Shown here: in pieces, positions 40,037 to 53,926 of the stretch
Position numbering within the stretch: position 1 is the first letter of the stretch
Layout: every line of letters begins with the position of its first letter
Assembly (NCBI RefSeq): GCF_006345805.1
Contig: NC_043000.1
Coordinates: 137,330,001 to 137,394,000 of the forward strand
Length of the DNA: 64,000 nucleotides
Origin: Octopus sinensis
Lineage: Eukaryota
Direction of reading: 5' to 3'
Notes under the pieces: generated by a model
Told to the model about the DNA's origin: nothing
The model's input: the letters and a program-made list of their open reading frames with translations, nothing else
Database searches by the model: none
Made by a program: the position numbers and the translations under genes

Positions 40037-40452
40037 TGGAACCTGAAGACTAAAACAATACCTGTTGTCATAGGTGCCCTGGGAATGATAGCAAAAGGGG
40101 TTGATAGCTACCTAACTCAGATACCAGGAAACCCAAAAATGGCAGAAATTCAAAAGATAGTGCTCATGGGAACTGCTCATATCCTACGCAAAATACTTTC
40201 TATGTAATCTCAAAGTTTAAAACAAACATAATTTCCGGTTTTTAAAGAAAAAAAAAATTATTTTATTTTATTTTTATTTTATTTAAAAAAAAATTTTTTT
40301 TAGACATTCATTAGTACAACACCAAAAACTCCCCCCAAATATATGGCACACTAGGCATAACAACAACATGAACTTCCAACCTGTTGTCTCTTGAGGTCTC
40401 TGGGTGAGACTTGGAGCCAACTTGTACAAATATAAAGCAAAAGTCAAATATA

Positions 40453-40453
<1 letters not shown>
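40034..40453 (+). mobile_element. 5'-truncated Dong/R4-like non-LTR retroelement, subfamily 2
   Basis: MWNLKTKTIPVVIGALGMIAKG..IPGNPKMAEIQKIVLMGTAHILRKILSM*, flanked by (AAT)n; same family at 61500. Confidence 0.8.
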
Positions 40454-40502
<49 letters not shown>

Positions 40503-40745
40503 TCGAAAAATACCTTAGGAATGAGAACCCAGTTTCGAAATGATGAAGGCTGGAGGGTATATGAGCGGAAGCGCCGTGTTACCAACAAACAAGATGAGGA
40601 CAAATATCTGTCAAATGTAAATAATGTAAATAATGTACATAATTCCTCATCTTTTAACTATAGAACTGTATTAAAATGAATTTGTTTGAAATGTTAAGGT
40701 GTTTCAATTATTTTGTCCACCCCTAACCCCTACATACACACATAA

Positions 40746-40783
<38 letters not shown>

Positions 40784-41313
40784 ATGAATGTGTGCATAAG
40801 TGTGTCTATGTGTATGTGCGTGTGTTTATGTTACTGTGTATGTTTTTACACAAACATAAATCATGCACTCATTACCATTCCTCGCGTACGAGGAAAATGG
40901 CTGTCGTCATCAATACACTGTTGCAGGTTCAAATACTCACTTACACATAGACACACATACACTTAAACGCGTGCACGGATGTACACAATTATCTTTCGTT
41001 TAATCAAACAGATGTCCTACTTTCGTAATAAGAGTAACTGTCAACAGAGCAACACACCATTTCATCATTTTAGTGATTGTAAGGAATGGGAAACTGGGAA
41101 CTTACGGCGACCTTGATACCTTTCCCTCGGTCATTAATGGAGTAATAAAGAGTAATGACTACAATAATCAATTGGAAATCGAATCATGTAATTGATTTTC
41201 CGGTGTGTAGTTTCATATCCTGCGACCGCCAAACCCTCATTTCTTTGTTTGTCTCTCCGCGTTACCTTGATACTGTGTGTGAGTTTGTGGTGTATACATG
41301 TATACAAACATAC

Positions 41314-41352
<39 letters not shown>

Positions 41353-41366
41353 CATATATATATACA

Positions 41367-41439
<73 letters not shown>

Positions 41440-41456
41440 GTGCATATATATATACA

Positions 41457-41499
<43 letters not shown>

Positions 41500-41504
41500 T
41501 ATAA

Positions 41505-42638
41505 CGGGAAGCTTTATGAAAATAAACAAAGACGAAGGCAGGTGGAAACAAACGAACAATTGTATTAGTTTGGCGCTCAGGAAATATAATAAAACAAGTC
41601 TTTAACGTTTCGAGCCTACGCTCTTCAACAGAAAGATACACAAAAGAAAGAAAAAAACAGAAAAAAGAGAAAGAAGGAGAGAAAAAAAAATGCTTGCAGT
41701 AGCTAACGAATCAACATGGCGATCTGATTTCGGCCAGAGGTCAAAGATCAAACATGAGACGCGAGAGCGAAATAAGGGGAGATAATAGGGTTGATAAAAG
41801 GGTTGAGGGACCAGCTAAAATGCTTTGGGAGGGGTCTGGATGTGTGTATGTATAGGGTTGGTGTATGTATTAGTATGTATAAGGGTGTGTGGTGTGTGTG
41901 TGTGTGTATGAGAGAGTATTAGTGCGTAAGATTGGTCTGGACATGCGTATGTATGGGGTTGGTGTATGTATTAGTATGTATTAGTATGTATTAGTACGTA
42001 TTGGTATGTATAGGTATGTGTGTGTGTGTGTGAGAGAGTATAAGTGCGTATGCGGGGTCTGACGTGTGTATGTATAGGGTTGGTGTAAGTATTAGTATGT
42101 ACTAGTATGTATTAGTACGTATTAGTATGTATTAGTTGGTGTGTGTATTAGTATGGCACACATATGTGATGTGATGTGTAAAGTCATGTGGTGTAGTGAG
42201 GAGAAGAGGGGGAGGGGGAGAAGTGGGGAGGGGGAGAAGAGGGGGGAGAAGGGGATAGTAGAAGAGGGGGAGGAGAAAAGGGGAAGAGGAGAGGATGGGG
42301 GAGAAGGAAGGGGAGGAGGGGGATGAAGGAGGAAAGAGGGAGAAGGGGAGAGAGGGAGTGAGGGAAGCATAGGGAAGGGGAAGAGGGAGGGAGAAAGAGG
42401 GAAGAAGGGAAGGGAGTAGGGGTGAAAGGATGAAGACTGAAGAAGTAGGGGTCGGGGGGAGAAAAGGATAGGTGAGAGGGGGGAGAGGGTGTTAGTAGGA
42501 GGGGGGGAGAGTTGAGACCAAATGACGTATAAGAGCGAAGAGAGAAGATTAATTCCTGTCCACGCGCAAAACCGGAATTCGGATGGCCTCTGTGTAAGGA
42601 CAAACCGAACACAGATAGGTGTTGCAAGGAGTGACCGG
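41505..42638 (-). mobile_element. 5'-truncated Penelope-like element: endonuclease C-terminus plus 3' region with pyrimidine tract, subrepeats and HHR variant
   Basis: GHSLQHLSVFGLSLHRG..QELIFSL..FGLN resembles the PLE GIY-YIG C-terminus; both ends in (TA)n; terminal part recurs inverted at 63820-64000. Confidence 0.7.
41599..41636 (-). ncRNA. Minimal hammerhead-like motif, variant core CUGUUGA
   Basis: UCUUU-CUGUUGA-A-GAGC-GUAG-GCUC-GAA-ACGU-U-AAAGA. Confidence 0.6.
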
Positions 42639-43744
42639 TATATATATATATATATATATGAATAAAGAGAGAGTGAGAGGGTGAGAGGAGAAGAGAGACC
42701 CAGAGAGAGATACAGATACATACATACACACACACATATATGTATATATATGTGTGTGTGTATATACATATTTATGTATTTATGTATACATATATATATG
42801 TGTGTACATGTGTGTATATATGTATGTATATATGTATACATATATATATATATATGTATGTGAATGCATATGTATATCTATGTATGTGTTTGTGTGTGTG
42901 TATATATGTATATATATGTGTTTGTATGCGTGGGTGTATACATATATTATACAATATACATACACACACGCACATATATATATATATTATGCATGATATA
43001 TATCTATGTTATACGCTTACACGAACACATACTTAATTGTACTTATAAAAAATGAAAGAAAATGTGAGAAAGAGTGACAGAAAGAAAGACGGAAATCCGA
43101 GTCAGAGCTAGAAACATGCTCGTGTACATTCGTGTTCTTATATATCAAAATGCCCGAGATAGTTGAGCATGCGCATATAACATATGTATTTGTGTGGAAA
43201 TAGACATTAACATCTAAATAATGAGCATTTCTGCATGTGTAACCATGACCAAATGTAACTGCATGTTTTTGCGAGTATATATGTGCGACCAAGTTGTGTG
43301 CGTGTGTATATGTGTTTGTGTGACTTCGTGTGCACGCGTAAACTATTTTCTTGTAACCATACCTTAGCTGTACTAATACTACTGGTTTCCTACTAAAAAG
43401 CGCACGCTATAATTTGTCGACACAGCGGCTAGGTGTTGGCATCGATCGCTTTGTAACCCGGGGAGCAGCATGCGAATTCTACACCATGGAATCAAGTGAG
43501 AAAATAGTGAGATATAAGGGAATTAATTAGCTCCTATATCGCATTTAGGTGAGAAAGACGAGAAAATTAAATGTGATAGGGTATCGGATAAAGAATATAA
43601 TGCTAAAGAATGAACGAGTGTAAAAAATATCGTAGAGAGAAGAATGCAAATGAAAGATGGTGTTTGTAAAATGTGAGTGACAGAGATATAAATATACACA
43701 CACATGCACATATACATACATACATAAACACATGCATACATATA

Positions 43745-43781
<37 letters not shown>

Positions 43782-44245
43782 GTATAAACACACATATATA
43801 CACACATATACATACATATATATACAAAGAGAGAGAAAGAAAAAGATGAAAGAGAAAGTAACTGAGAGAAAGCGGGTGAGAGAAATTCATACATGTATAA
43901 ATATGAAAAACTGATTTTAAAGAAGTGAGAGCGAGAATACATAAAAGAGAATGGAAGACCTCAAAAGAGAAAATGTATTACACAGTACGCTGGACGTTTT
44001 GAATGGAATCATTTGTAGGAAGAATTTAGTAACAAGTGTTTTCCGCGCATACACACACTTAGCTGTTGGTACACACGTGATCATAAAGGTACATAAAGGT
44101 ACATTAATGTATATATATATATATATATATATAAGTTTGTCGGGTATGTTTTGCGTCTGCGCAATGGTCTTAAAAGTTAGAGAATGCAAGTCGCTAGAAC
44201 CGCACATGTTTCTAACGAAATGTACTTCTAGGATAACAAAGGCTG

Positions 44246-44317
44246 CTTACTGAAGAGTCTAGCCTTGGCAGATAAATTATATTTACTGCTAAAAAAAAAA
44301 CGAAACTGCAGTATAAG
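44246..44317 (+). ncRNA. Minimal type I hammerhead ribozyme motif
   Basis: CUUA-CUGAAGA-GU..UUGGCAG..CUGCUAA..AC-GAAAC-UGCA-GUA-UAAG; stem I extendable by GGCU/AGCC; predicted cut after 44313. Confidence 0.8.
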
Positions 44318-44507
44318 ATGAGCCGAGTTTGTAAACGTTTTTGATTTTATTTCATTGAATTTATCCACTTTTTGTGATCTAGTACTTGCTTCGTCTTTTA
44401 GAAGCCTTTTAACGTACTTATATATGAATAACATATAGCCTAATCGCTAACATGTCTTTTGTGCTAGATCACCGGTAATAATAATTTATTTTATTACCTT
44501 TTTACTA

Positions 44508-44550
<43 letters not shown>

Positions 44551-44557
44551 ATATATA

Positions 44558-44593
<36 letters not shown>

Positions 44594-44594
<1 letters not shown>

Positions 44595-45410
44595 TGAGTT
44601 CACAAGAATGTAATTTCGGTGATTTAGTGTGAAATAAAAGTCATTTTTTTTTCATACAAAGAATGAACTTTAATCAGTTATATATTTTCCATTTTGTTCA
44701 ATGACTTTTTACCATCTTTCTGGCAACTTCTTGATTCCGTGCTCATAGAACTTCTGTTCCTTACCCAAAAACTGAATCAAGTGAGATTTCAGATCATCAT
44801 CATTATTGAAGGAATTATGGTATCTTCGAAATAGATGGTAATCTGATGGTGCATGCTGGATGTGACATCACTTCCAAAATTAGCTCCAGCAATTTTTCAC
44901 GAGTTAGCAAAAACGTTTGTGGTCTAGGATCGTGATGGTGGAACACGATTCCTTTACGATTTGCCAATTCTGGCCATTTTCCTTTGATTGCTTCCACGAG
45001 TTTCATTAGTTGTTGAGAGTAAACATCTGAATTGATCGTTTGTTTCCTTAGAAGCAGCTCAAAATATGCAACGCTTTTATAATGCCGACAAATTGACAGC
45101 ATAATCTTTTTTTGATGTAATTCAGCTTTAGATCTGGTTTGTGCTGGTTCATAACCCTTGGTTTCCTTTTCTGTACTCATAAAGCATTATGTGTGTCAAA
45201 TGCTCTTTGGATACTTCCATGTTAGAAAGGCTTTTAATCAAAGAAATGTTAATTCTGTTATTCTGTAAAATATTATTTTATTAGTTTAAATGTACACAAA
45301 TGCATAAAAATAATTTTAAATTACATTCGACATTCTAAAATACTATCAAATTTCCTTCAATTTAAATAAAAAAAGGTAAAATCGGACAGAACTTATGGGA
45401 TGACTTGATA
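44594..45410 (-). mobile_element. Decayed mariner remnant (3' half of transposase)
   Basis: KAELHQKKIMLSI..FELL..QTINSDVYSQQL..RKGIVFHHHDPRP; C-terminal FYEHGIKKLPERW*KVIEQNGKYI; ends uncertain. Confidence 0.8.
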
Positions 45411-46501
45411 AATATATTCCTCCATGGGTGATATGCCTGACTAATCTCTATGGGGATGGTAATGGTGTCAGTCAATTGAATCAGCTTCTGGTTCTATTTA
45501 ATTGCAACCAAAAGAATAAATGGCAAAAGTTACTCTCCGCTATATTTGAACTCTGATCTTAAGGTGATATACTAAATTATCACGAAGTACTTCGATGAAT
45601 TACGATTCTATGCTATCACTAAAGCGCCCTCCTTTAATATATAGTTTCGGGTTATTTAAAAAAGGAACCATTCAATAACTGTTCAATGGACAAAACTATG
45701 GTTTACAATAATTTAGAGAGGAAGGTATGATACTCTGTGTTCTTGTTTGCGACTCTTGGGAATCGGAAGTGATTCCAAATTCAATCTCCGCAACGTTATT
45801 TGATAATTCAAATAGCTGAGTGAAAGAACTTTTTACCAAATTACAGTCTTGGTATGATGTATGAACAAAGTATGAAGACACAAAACTACTTTTCACATAG
45901 CAATCATTGCACTTACTTCTGATTAGGCTAAGACCAATCCTGACCCTACAAACAAGTTATTAGAAGAATTCCTGTCATTTCCTAAAGTTAGCAATACATC
46001 ATTCATCATTGCCTCATATGTTTAAGAAGATGGTGGGTGTATGAACTAAGTTAATTTAGCTAGTGTTTTTAGAAGTCTCATGGAACTTGTAGAGGCTTCC
46101 TCGATTGCTGTTTAACACAGTATAACGTCCACACCTACCGCTTCCATTTATTTTGAGACCTAGATGTTTCAATGCTCCTTGAGCTAATATATTAAATTTT
46201 GCAGGGTTTTCTTTTCAGTTCCATGCAACACAACAGGTTTGATGCATACAAAGTTTATCAAATTTACTGAAAATAAAGATGTCCTTGTAATCAAATACAT
46301 GTTTTCATTCTCTATTTCTCTTTCTGTTATACCTTTATGAGGCTTTCTTGATTTTTTATTATTATCGAATTGCTATTTCTTTAGCGGGTTGAAGGTTACG
46401 CAGTAGTTTCTTTTATTTGGATTCATCTCTTCAACACCACACTTGTAGAACTAACATGTTACCTTCTTAAACACACACAGAGACATGTTATGTATTTTAA
46501 C

Positions 46502-46555
<54 letters not shown>

Positions 46556-46801
46556 CCAAGGTCTAACATAAATATGCACATATTTCTTACTCCATGCAGA
46601 TGTGCGACGATTTGCAAGGAAGCACATTGGCATACGCTAATGCCAAAATTTGAGCATTCGCTTGAATGGCTTGAAATAGAATATATTTGTGATTTATTGT
46701 GAAACGATACTTATAATGTATCCATAGAATGTTCTTTTTCCTATAAGCCTCATCCATATCCACACCTATATACATATATACATACATAGATATATACATA
46801 A

Positions 46802-46832
<31 letters not shown>

Positions 46833-46854
46833 CACACATACATATATACATACA

Positions 46855-46887
<33 letters not shown>

Positions 46888-48344
46888 GTGTATATATATA
46901 TGTATATATGTATATATATATACAGGCACATATACAAATATGTGTAATGAACGAACAGTATCTATAGTATGTCCCCTCTGGAATAGGTTTTGTTTGTTCT
47001 CGTGTAACATGGAAATATGGCAATTAATGGTAAGAAAATGAGTATTTAGAATATAAACGTTTTATTTGGAAAAGAATCTCATACATCCTTCATGTTAATC
47101 TACTGATCGAATTTTCTTTATTTTTCTGCTATGTACTTTGACTATGTTCTGTGTTTTATGAAGTCATTTGAAACGTATAAAGATTTTAAGAAAGCTCAGT
47201 ATTCACTTAACAATATAATTCCATGCAGACAAGTTTGTAAGCCACTGAAGCAGAAGGTGATTCTTAAGAAAGAGCGGTGGAAGCGAGCTGAAGATAGAGA
47301 ATTTACAAAATTACATCGTATTTCTGGTCTAGTAATACCTAAATCACGCAACATTATTTAATAGATGGAGTGAATTCGTTAACGAAACAAGTAATCCGTC
47401 CAATGTGCCTACCAGTAAACGATTGAGATAATAGTTGCGCATTTGGCAGACAGGTGAAAAATATATCCATATTCCCCAGGTAGCATCGTTAACGAAATTA
47501 TTGTTTGAGACAATAGGATAACTGCACACGATTGTGAATCTGTCAGTGTTGGAAAGACGAATGTACCACCAAACTTAAATAAAGTTTTATAAGATGGCCC
47601 TTTGCATCTTTCAAATACTACATGATATTTTTCGGCTACATTGATTAAGTTAATGAATTTACAACGAATTCTAACGAGACGCTATATTTCTAATCTCCTG
47701 ATATCTCAGTAATATTATTTGAATTGGGAACTTCAGTCAATCGATTTTTGCCTAGGTATATCATTACTAGTGTTTTCACGTTCTTGATTTTAACATAAAG
47801 TTGTGTCTTCTTCCATAATTCACCGATATAGCATAGATTATTCTCTGATATAACACCTGATAGTGGACTATAGAATATTGCAACAGGCGACTGTTGGGAA
47901 TATTCACTAACTGAATCCGAACAGTCTGACCTCGATCTCTTAATATTTTTTATCTCCTTTTCTTCTATATTTCCGTTTCACTCTAAATTTCTATAAGAAC
48001 AAGTAATAATAAATAAACAAAAATAAAAACTCTTTCGTTTAAACCGTATTTTTACGACTTCCAAATCTTTGCTCAACTTGTTTGACGCAATAGTAAATGC
48101 AGTGAGTGACAGACGTTAGCATGGCAGATGAAATAAAATGTATTATGTATTCCGGCCTCTCATGTTTCGAGTAAAAATCATGCCGATATCATCTTGACAC
48201 TGAAGTCGATAAATAAAGCAGTAATTTAGCTTGAAACAATTGCTGGCGGATTTCGGTAGGATTGTTTATAGATATGTATGCAAATATGTATCTATCTAAA
48301 TGCATATTTTTCACCGAAATATATATTGGCTGATCGTATTCATT

Positions 48345-48555
48345 TCAAATTTTGGCACAAGGACACAAGTTTCGAGAAGGGGTAAGTCGATTAAATCGAC
48401 CCCTGTACTCAACTGGCTCTTATTTTATCGACCCTCAAAGGATGAAATGCAAGGTCAACCTCAGTGGGATTTGAACCCAGAACGCGCAAAGACGGACGAA
48501 ATACTGCTAAGCATTTTTCCCGGCGTGCTAAGTACTCTGCCACTTCGACGCCTCA
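48345..48555 (-). mobile_element. SINE family C, diverged
   Basis: TTTTATCGACCCTCAAAGGATGAAATGCAAGGTCAACC...GACGAAATACTGCTAAGCATTT. Confidence 0.75.
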
Positions 48556-49114
48556 TATTGTCTGATAGTATTAACGTTGACAAAGAAGTGAAAGAATTAG
48601 TGCTCTGCAAATAAGCTTCCTTAGAATATGTATTCTGTACCATGTAATAATTATTTCGTTGCCTATTTCACCGTAAGAAATGCAACGAACCAGTAATTAT
48701 CCAGTTGCAAACCAGAAATTAACGGCAATATTGTTCACCAAATGGAATATAAGAGTATGTATGAGAGGTAGCTCCATAGTCATATTATAATAAACTCAAA
48801 CAGTCAAATAAAAGGCGCTTGATTTGTAAAGAGAAAATAATGAATAAATTGCATGCTTCGTTTTTCTTTATGAATAAACACTATAATGAACAGACGCATA
48901 TTTTTTTTTGCTTTATTTTCTCTTGTACACTTATACATTTACTGGTTGAATCGCATCAGCATCAGGGGTTTTGATCGATTATGTCAAATAAAGTACTCAT
49001 CCTATTCATAATTTATCGCTTTAATGTAAAGGAATACCTCAGCATAACATTCAGCATAAGTAAACACAGACATGAATAAGCAAATTTTGGAATAAACTAG
49101 CATGTATACACACA

Positions 49115-49690
49115 CACAGACTTTCTTGCCATTTGGACTACCTTAATTTCCTCCATCGTCATTCCTGTTCTATTTTTAGCATATACCAAGGCCTTATTCA
49201 ACACTATTTCACTTACGGAAGCATAATAATTATCAATGTCTATGTGTATGAACTTATATTCCTTGTTGTTTTTTTTATATTTTTGAACCATTGGAAAGTT
49301 TCTATTGTACTGCCCCATAGCTTTAAGTGACCTAAATTATTTAATTTGTTTATATACTTATCTAATATTAATTTACTTAGTTTCCCTAGGTCCGACTTAC
49401 ATAGGCATATTAGACGGACTTTAGGGTCTCTGTGGAAGTTATCTTTATGGTTTTTTAGCGTTATTCTTGGGTGTAATGGCACATAAGCTTCTGTTTTTTC
49501 ATCTAGTTCATAATTCGTCATAATTTCTTCATAACACTTATTTATCTTCTCTAAGGTATTGTTTTGGATTATTTTATATTTGTTGTTGATTTCTTTCTCT
49601 AGTAAACCGTCATATGTTTCTATATCTAATTTATATAAGTTCCTAGTTTTGTCCGATTGTACAAAGATTCCTACAGTATTTTAAGGTAGT
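49115..49690 (-). mobile_element. Penelope-like element fragment (Hydra-like), N-terminal part of RT
   Basis: SDKTRNLY; ITLKNHKDNF..PKVRLI..KSDLGKLSKLILD; FIHIDIDNYYASV..LNKAL..ARKS. Confidence 0.78.
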
Positions 49691-49774
49691 TATTATGCCT
49701 GTTTGGATATTATAAAATTCTACACTTTTTACTATGCATATATATATGTATGTATATATATATGTATGTATGTG

Positions 49775-49806
<32 letters not shown>

Positions 49807-50253
49807 ATATATATGTATATATTATATATATGTATATATATATATATTATATATATGTGTGTGTGTGTGTGTGTGTATATGTATATGAAAATTATCCTTA
49901 CTTGAGATATCCTTAATTATAATTGTGATAATAATTAATACCTATACGGTGTTATGCCCATGCTGGCCACTTGATATGATCGGTATTTTAAATAACCATC
50001 TTATTCTTATTTATATAAAAAGTTATATATATATATATGTATAAGTGTGTGTGTGGTGTGTGTGTATTTTTGTGTGTTTGTATCTGTGTTTACGCCCCAG
50101 TAACTTAGAGGTTTGTAAGCCTGATGTCAAAAGACACCAGACATATAAAGAATAAGTCTGGAGTCGATTTGTTCGACTAAAATCCCTTACAGTGCTGGTC
50201 GAGCATTGTGCAGTCAGATGACCCAAACAAGTAAAAGAATAAAAGAATATATA

Positions 50254-50293
<40 letters not shown>

Positions 50294-50711
50294 TATATAT
50301 ACATACACACACAGGTCGGGTATTCACATATTTTCCATCAACCAGATTCTATTCAAAAATTTGATCATTCACCAATTCTCGAGGCTAATATAGACATCCT
50401 TTCCACAAAGTGTCATAAAATAGATTTGAACCCGTATCCAATTCGTTACAAAGGGAACTACTTAACTAGCTAATGCCATGTCTGCGGCCATAATTGTACA
50501 TTAGAATGAGAAAATAAGAAATAGAAGAAATGAAAACGGGACAAACAACAATAGAAGCTATTACTGTCATTGTTAATGTCTGCGATTTAGTATCAAGTTC
50601 CAATTATCAGTCGCTTAAGACATGCAAACTGACGAAATTAGATATATATTTCACACGAACTTTACCCTCACAGTTAATGTGTATTTGTAAATACGTCCGA
50701 TTATACACACC

Positions 50712-51056
50712 TACATACATACATACATACATACATACATACATACATACATACATACATACATACATACATACATACATACATACATACATACATACAT
50801 ACATACATACATACATACATACATACATACATACATACATACATACATACATTCCTACATACATACATACTACATACATACATACATACATACATACATA
50901 CATACATACATTCCTACATACATACATACATACATTCATACATACATACATACATACATACATTCATACATACATACATACATACATACATACACACATA
51001 CATACATACATTCCTTCATACATACATACATACATACATACATACATACATACATA
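50712..51056. repeat. (ATAC)n microsatellite
   Basis: Long tetranucleotide array. Confidence 0.95.
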
Positions 51057-51139
51057 GCCATATACATTTTTGTGAATATATATATATATGTGTGTGTGTG
51101 TATATATGTGTGCAAATATATGTATATATGTTTATCTAA

Positions 51140-51194
<55 letters not shown>

Positions 51195-52119
51195 TACTGC
51201 CACTCTCTTTCTCTCATAAACGCGTGCGTATATCCATTTATAAGCATTCATATATATGTATATTCTCACGTACATGTATATATATATATAAATACACGTA
51301 CATTCGCGGACATACAGTTACAGATGCACACATATATATATACATCTATACATGTTGATATACAAGGTTACTTACATACATACATACATATCTGCACGCC
51401 TAAAATAGCAAGCAAAATCATACATAATTCATATTCGTGCGCGTGTTTAAATGCTTTTCATTTATTTAAATCAGTTTCCTGTCTTTTTCGGTTTTTCCTA
51501 TCAATAATTTAAACATGCAAAACCTCGGTAAGGAAATCAGGGACAAATAATGGTCATGCTAAGGCTTTATCTGAAGTAGTTGACTAAAGTAATTTGTTTT
51601 CTGGTAATGTTATGGGGGAGATTAGTTGTTTTACAAGGGTGGGGGTCGCCTCTGTTAATATGATGAGATAGCAAAACTGTGTTTACCTTCAAATCATTGA
51701 ATGTAATTACTATAGCTTTGTTTGTGTCGTTATTTCGTGTTTTCTTGCTTTCTTATTTTATTAATTATTTTCCCCCGCCTAAGTTTTGTAGGAAATAAAA
51801 CTTTAATAATTATTTCTTACATGAAATGAACACTCAGGCATTCAAATCAGTTCAATAATAGGACGTACATCGCGCGTGTACACAGACACGCACGCACGCG
51901 CACACACACAGACTTACACGCACGAACATGCTCACATTCAGACACATATATGCACATAGTATAGGAAATGCTAAATGAATTTACGAGGGCCACTAAAAAG
52001 CTAACGCAAGCGTAAGCAGAGACACCTATCCAACCATTGATCAATTTTCCAAAATATTTAATTTAGTGTTGTCAGCAAATCAGTACAAATTTTTACCGTA
52101 AAAGATCATTTGACATGTT

Positions 52120-52455
52120 CTTCAAGGAATTTAATATACACTATCAAATTTCAAGGATGTAATGAAGTCTACATAGGCCAAACAAAGTTTACTCTAACAA
52201 ATAGACTGTCCATTCGCCGTCAATGAATACGAGACCCCAGTACTAGACAGATTCCACTGAGTGAACACATAGATATATGTGCAAAAAATAAGTTCCCCCA
52301 ATTCCAGGTTATCCCACTCTACCTCTGTTCAGCGATGACCACAGATGAAGAACGGATAAGCAAATTCCAGGTCTTCCCATTCTACCCAGAGGAAGCACGG
52401 ATAAACAAAGAAAATACTTTCATACAAAAGTACAAACCAAGAATTAACAAACTTT
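52120..52455 (+). mobile_element. Penelope-like GIY-YIG endonuclease fragment
   Basis: LIYTIKFQGCNEVYIGQT; IPLSEHIDICAK; FIQKYKPRIN; parallels 21600-21860. Confidence 0.75.
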
Positions 52456-53128
52456 AACAAAGTACATACATAAATAACTATTCACACACAAAACATATTC
52501 TGCCACTTAACATGAAGAACCTACACAGTTAACAACCTAAACTTTACCCACTGGTCTACATACAAATGACTCTTTTCCACTATCCCACCAGACAGATTAA
52601 ATTTGGAGTGCCTTGATCGTAACTTAACATGTTCACGTAGTCGTGTCGGTCGACTTTTTAGGCGCAAAATATACTGTCACGTGACACTAATGCACAGACG
52701 TAGCGGGAAATGTACAAAAAACATTGAGAGCATCGGTTATTTGGATATATTCAGTCAACCGTATCAACCATAACTTACGGCGCCAAACATTGTCACTTGA
52801 AACTAACACAAGGACATAGAGGAGAATCTACTAAAATTTCTAAGACCCGTCATCTGATTATCATTCACCAATCAAATATTTTAGAGAACATATACTTATG
52901 TGAGTTATGAATTCCCTATAAAAATAGGGTAAGCTTCAAACACCACACAGAAGCAAGACAGGTACGACTTAAGCCACGTATTTCTATTTCGACATTTTGA
53001 AAATCAGTATAAACTATGAAACCGGTTAAAGATTTAAATAAAGAATATTTTAACTATCCTCAGTGCATTTTCAGCTTCTATTTTTCCTCTATTTTTACCC
53101 GTGTGAAATAAAATAAATTTGTTTTCTA

Positions 53129-53290
53129 CACAGACACACACACGCGCACGCGCGCACAGACACACACACGCGCACGCGCGCACAGACACACACACGCGCA
53201 CGCGCGCACAGACACACACACGCGCACGCGCGCACAGACACACACACGCGCACGCGCGCACAGACACACACGCGCGCACGCGCGCACAGG
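53129..53290. repeat. 26-bp CpG-rich minisatellite, about 6 copies
   Basis: Unit CAGACACACACACGCGCACGCGCGCA. Confidence 0.9.
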
Positions 53291-53307
53291 CACACACACA
53301 AACACAA

Positions 53308-53348
<41 letters not shown>

Positions 53349-53520
53349 CACACAAGTAACATTAATCGTCATATCAAAGTGGCTGTTCCATCTTACAATT
53401 TGTTTAACCCCAGGCAGATGTTCCATCAGCTAGATGTCGGTGCAGCATTACACAGTATATAATATATATTTCTAGTAGGGGGAACAAATCCCAATCATAC
53501 TCTAGTAGACCACAGGATCG

Positions 53521-53565
53521 CGTAACTGACTCAGTTTCGAGCTGGTTAGCTTCTCTTCAGTCACG
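53521..53565 (-). ncRNA. Minimal type I hammerhead ribozyme motif
   Basis: CGUGA-CUGAAGA-GAAGCU-AACC-AGCUC-GAAAC-UGA-GUC-AG-UUACG; GUC cleavage triplet; stem I register off by 2 nt. Confidence 0.65.
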
Positions 53566-53715
53566 AGTAGAGAGCAGCACCGCAGCGATAATCAGCTGTT
53601 GGAAGATCTGCCTGGAGTAAAACTAGTAGTAACATAAAACAGCCACTTTGATGTGGCGATAAACTATATTTGTTAGTATAGCTCTGATCTTTAGAGAATT
53701 TACAACTATATATAA

Positions 53716-53879
53716 GTGGCTGTGTGGTAGGTAGCTTGATCATCAACCACATGGTTCTGGGTTCAGTACCACTGTGTAGCACCTTGGGTGTCTTCTGCTA
53801 TAGTCTCGGGCCGACCAAAGCCTTGTGAGTGGATTTAGTAGACGGAAACTGAAAGAAGCCTGTCGAATATATATATATG

Positions 53880-53926
<47 letters not shown>

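Noticed and set aside
40500-40600. AUGAUGAAGGCU...AGCGGAAGC, possible hammerhead remnant
   Set aside because: C3 and GAAAC both altered and stem I absent; cannot be supported from this copy
45696-45915. Open minus-strand frame in unique DNA
   Set aside because: No recognisable domain or clear splice signals
52995-53032. UUGAAAA..AGU-AUAA-ACU..GAAACCGGUU downstream of a PLE endonuclease fragment
   Set aside because: Position and palindromic stem III are suggestive, but the core has two substitutions and the stems are weak
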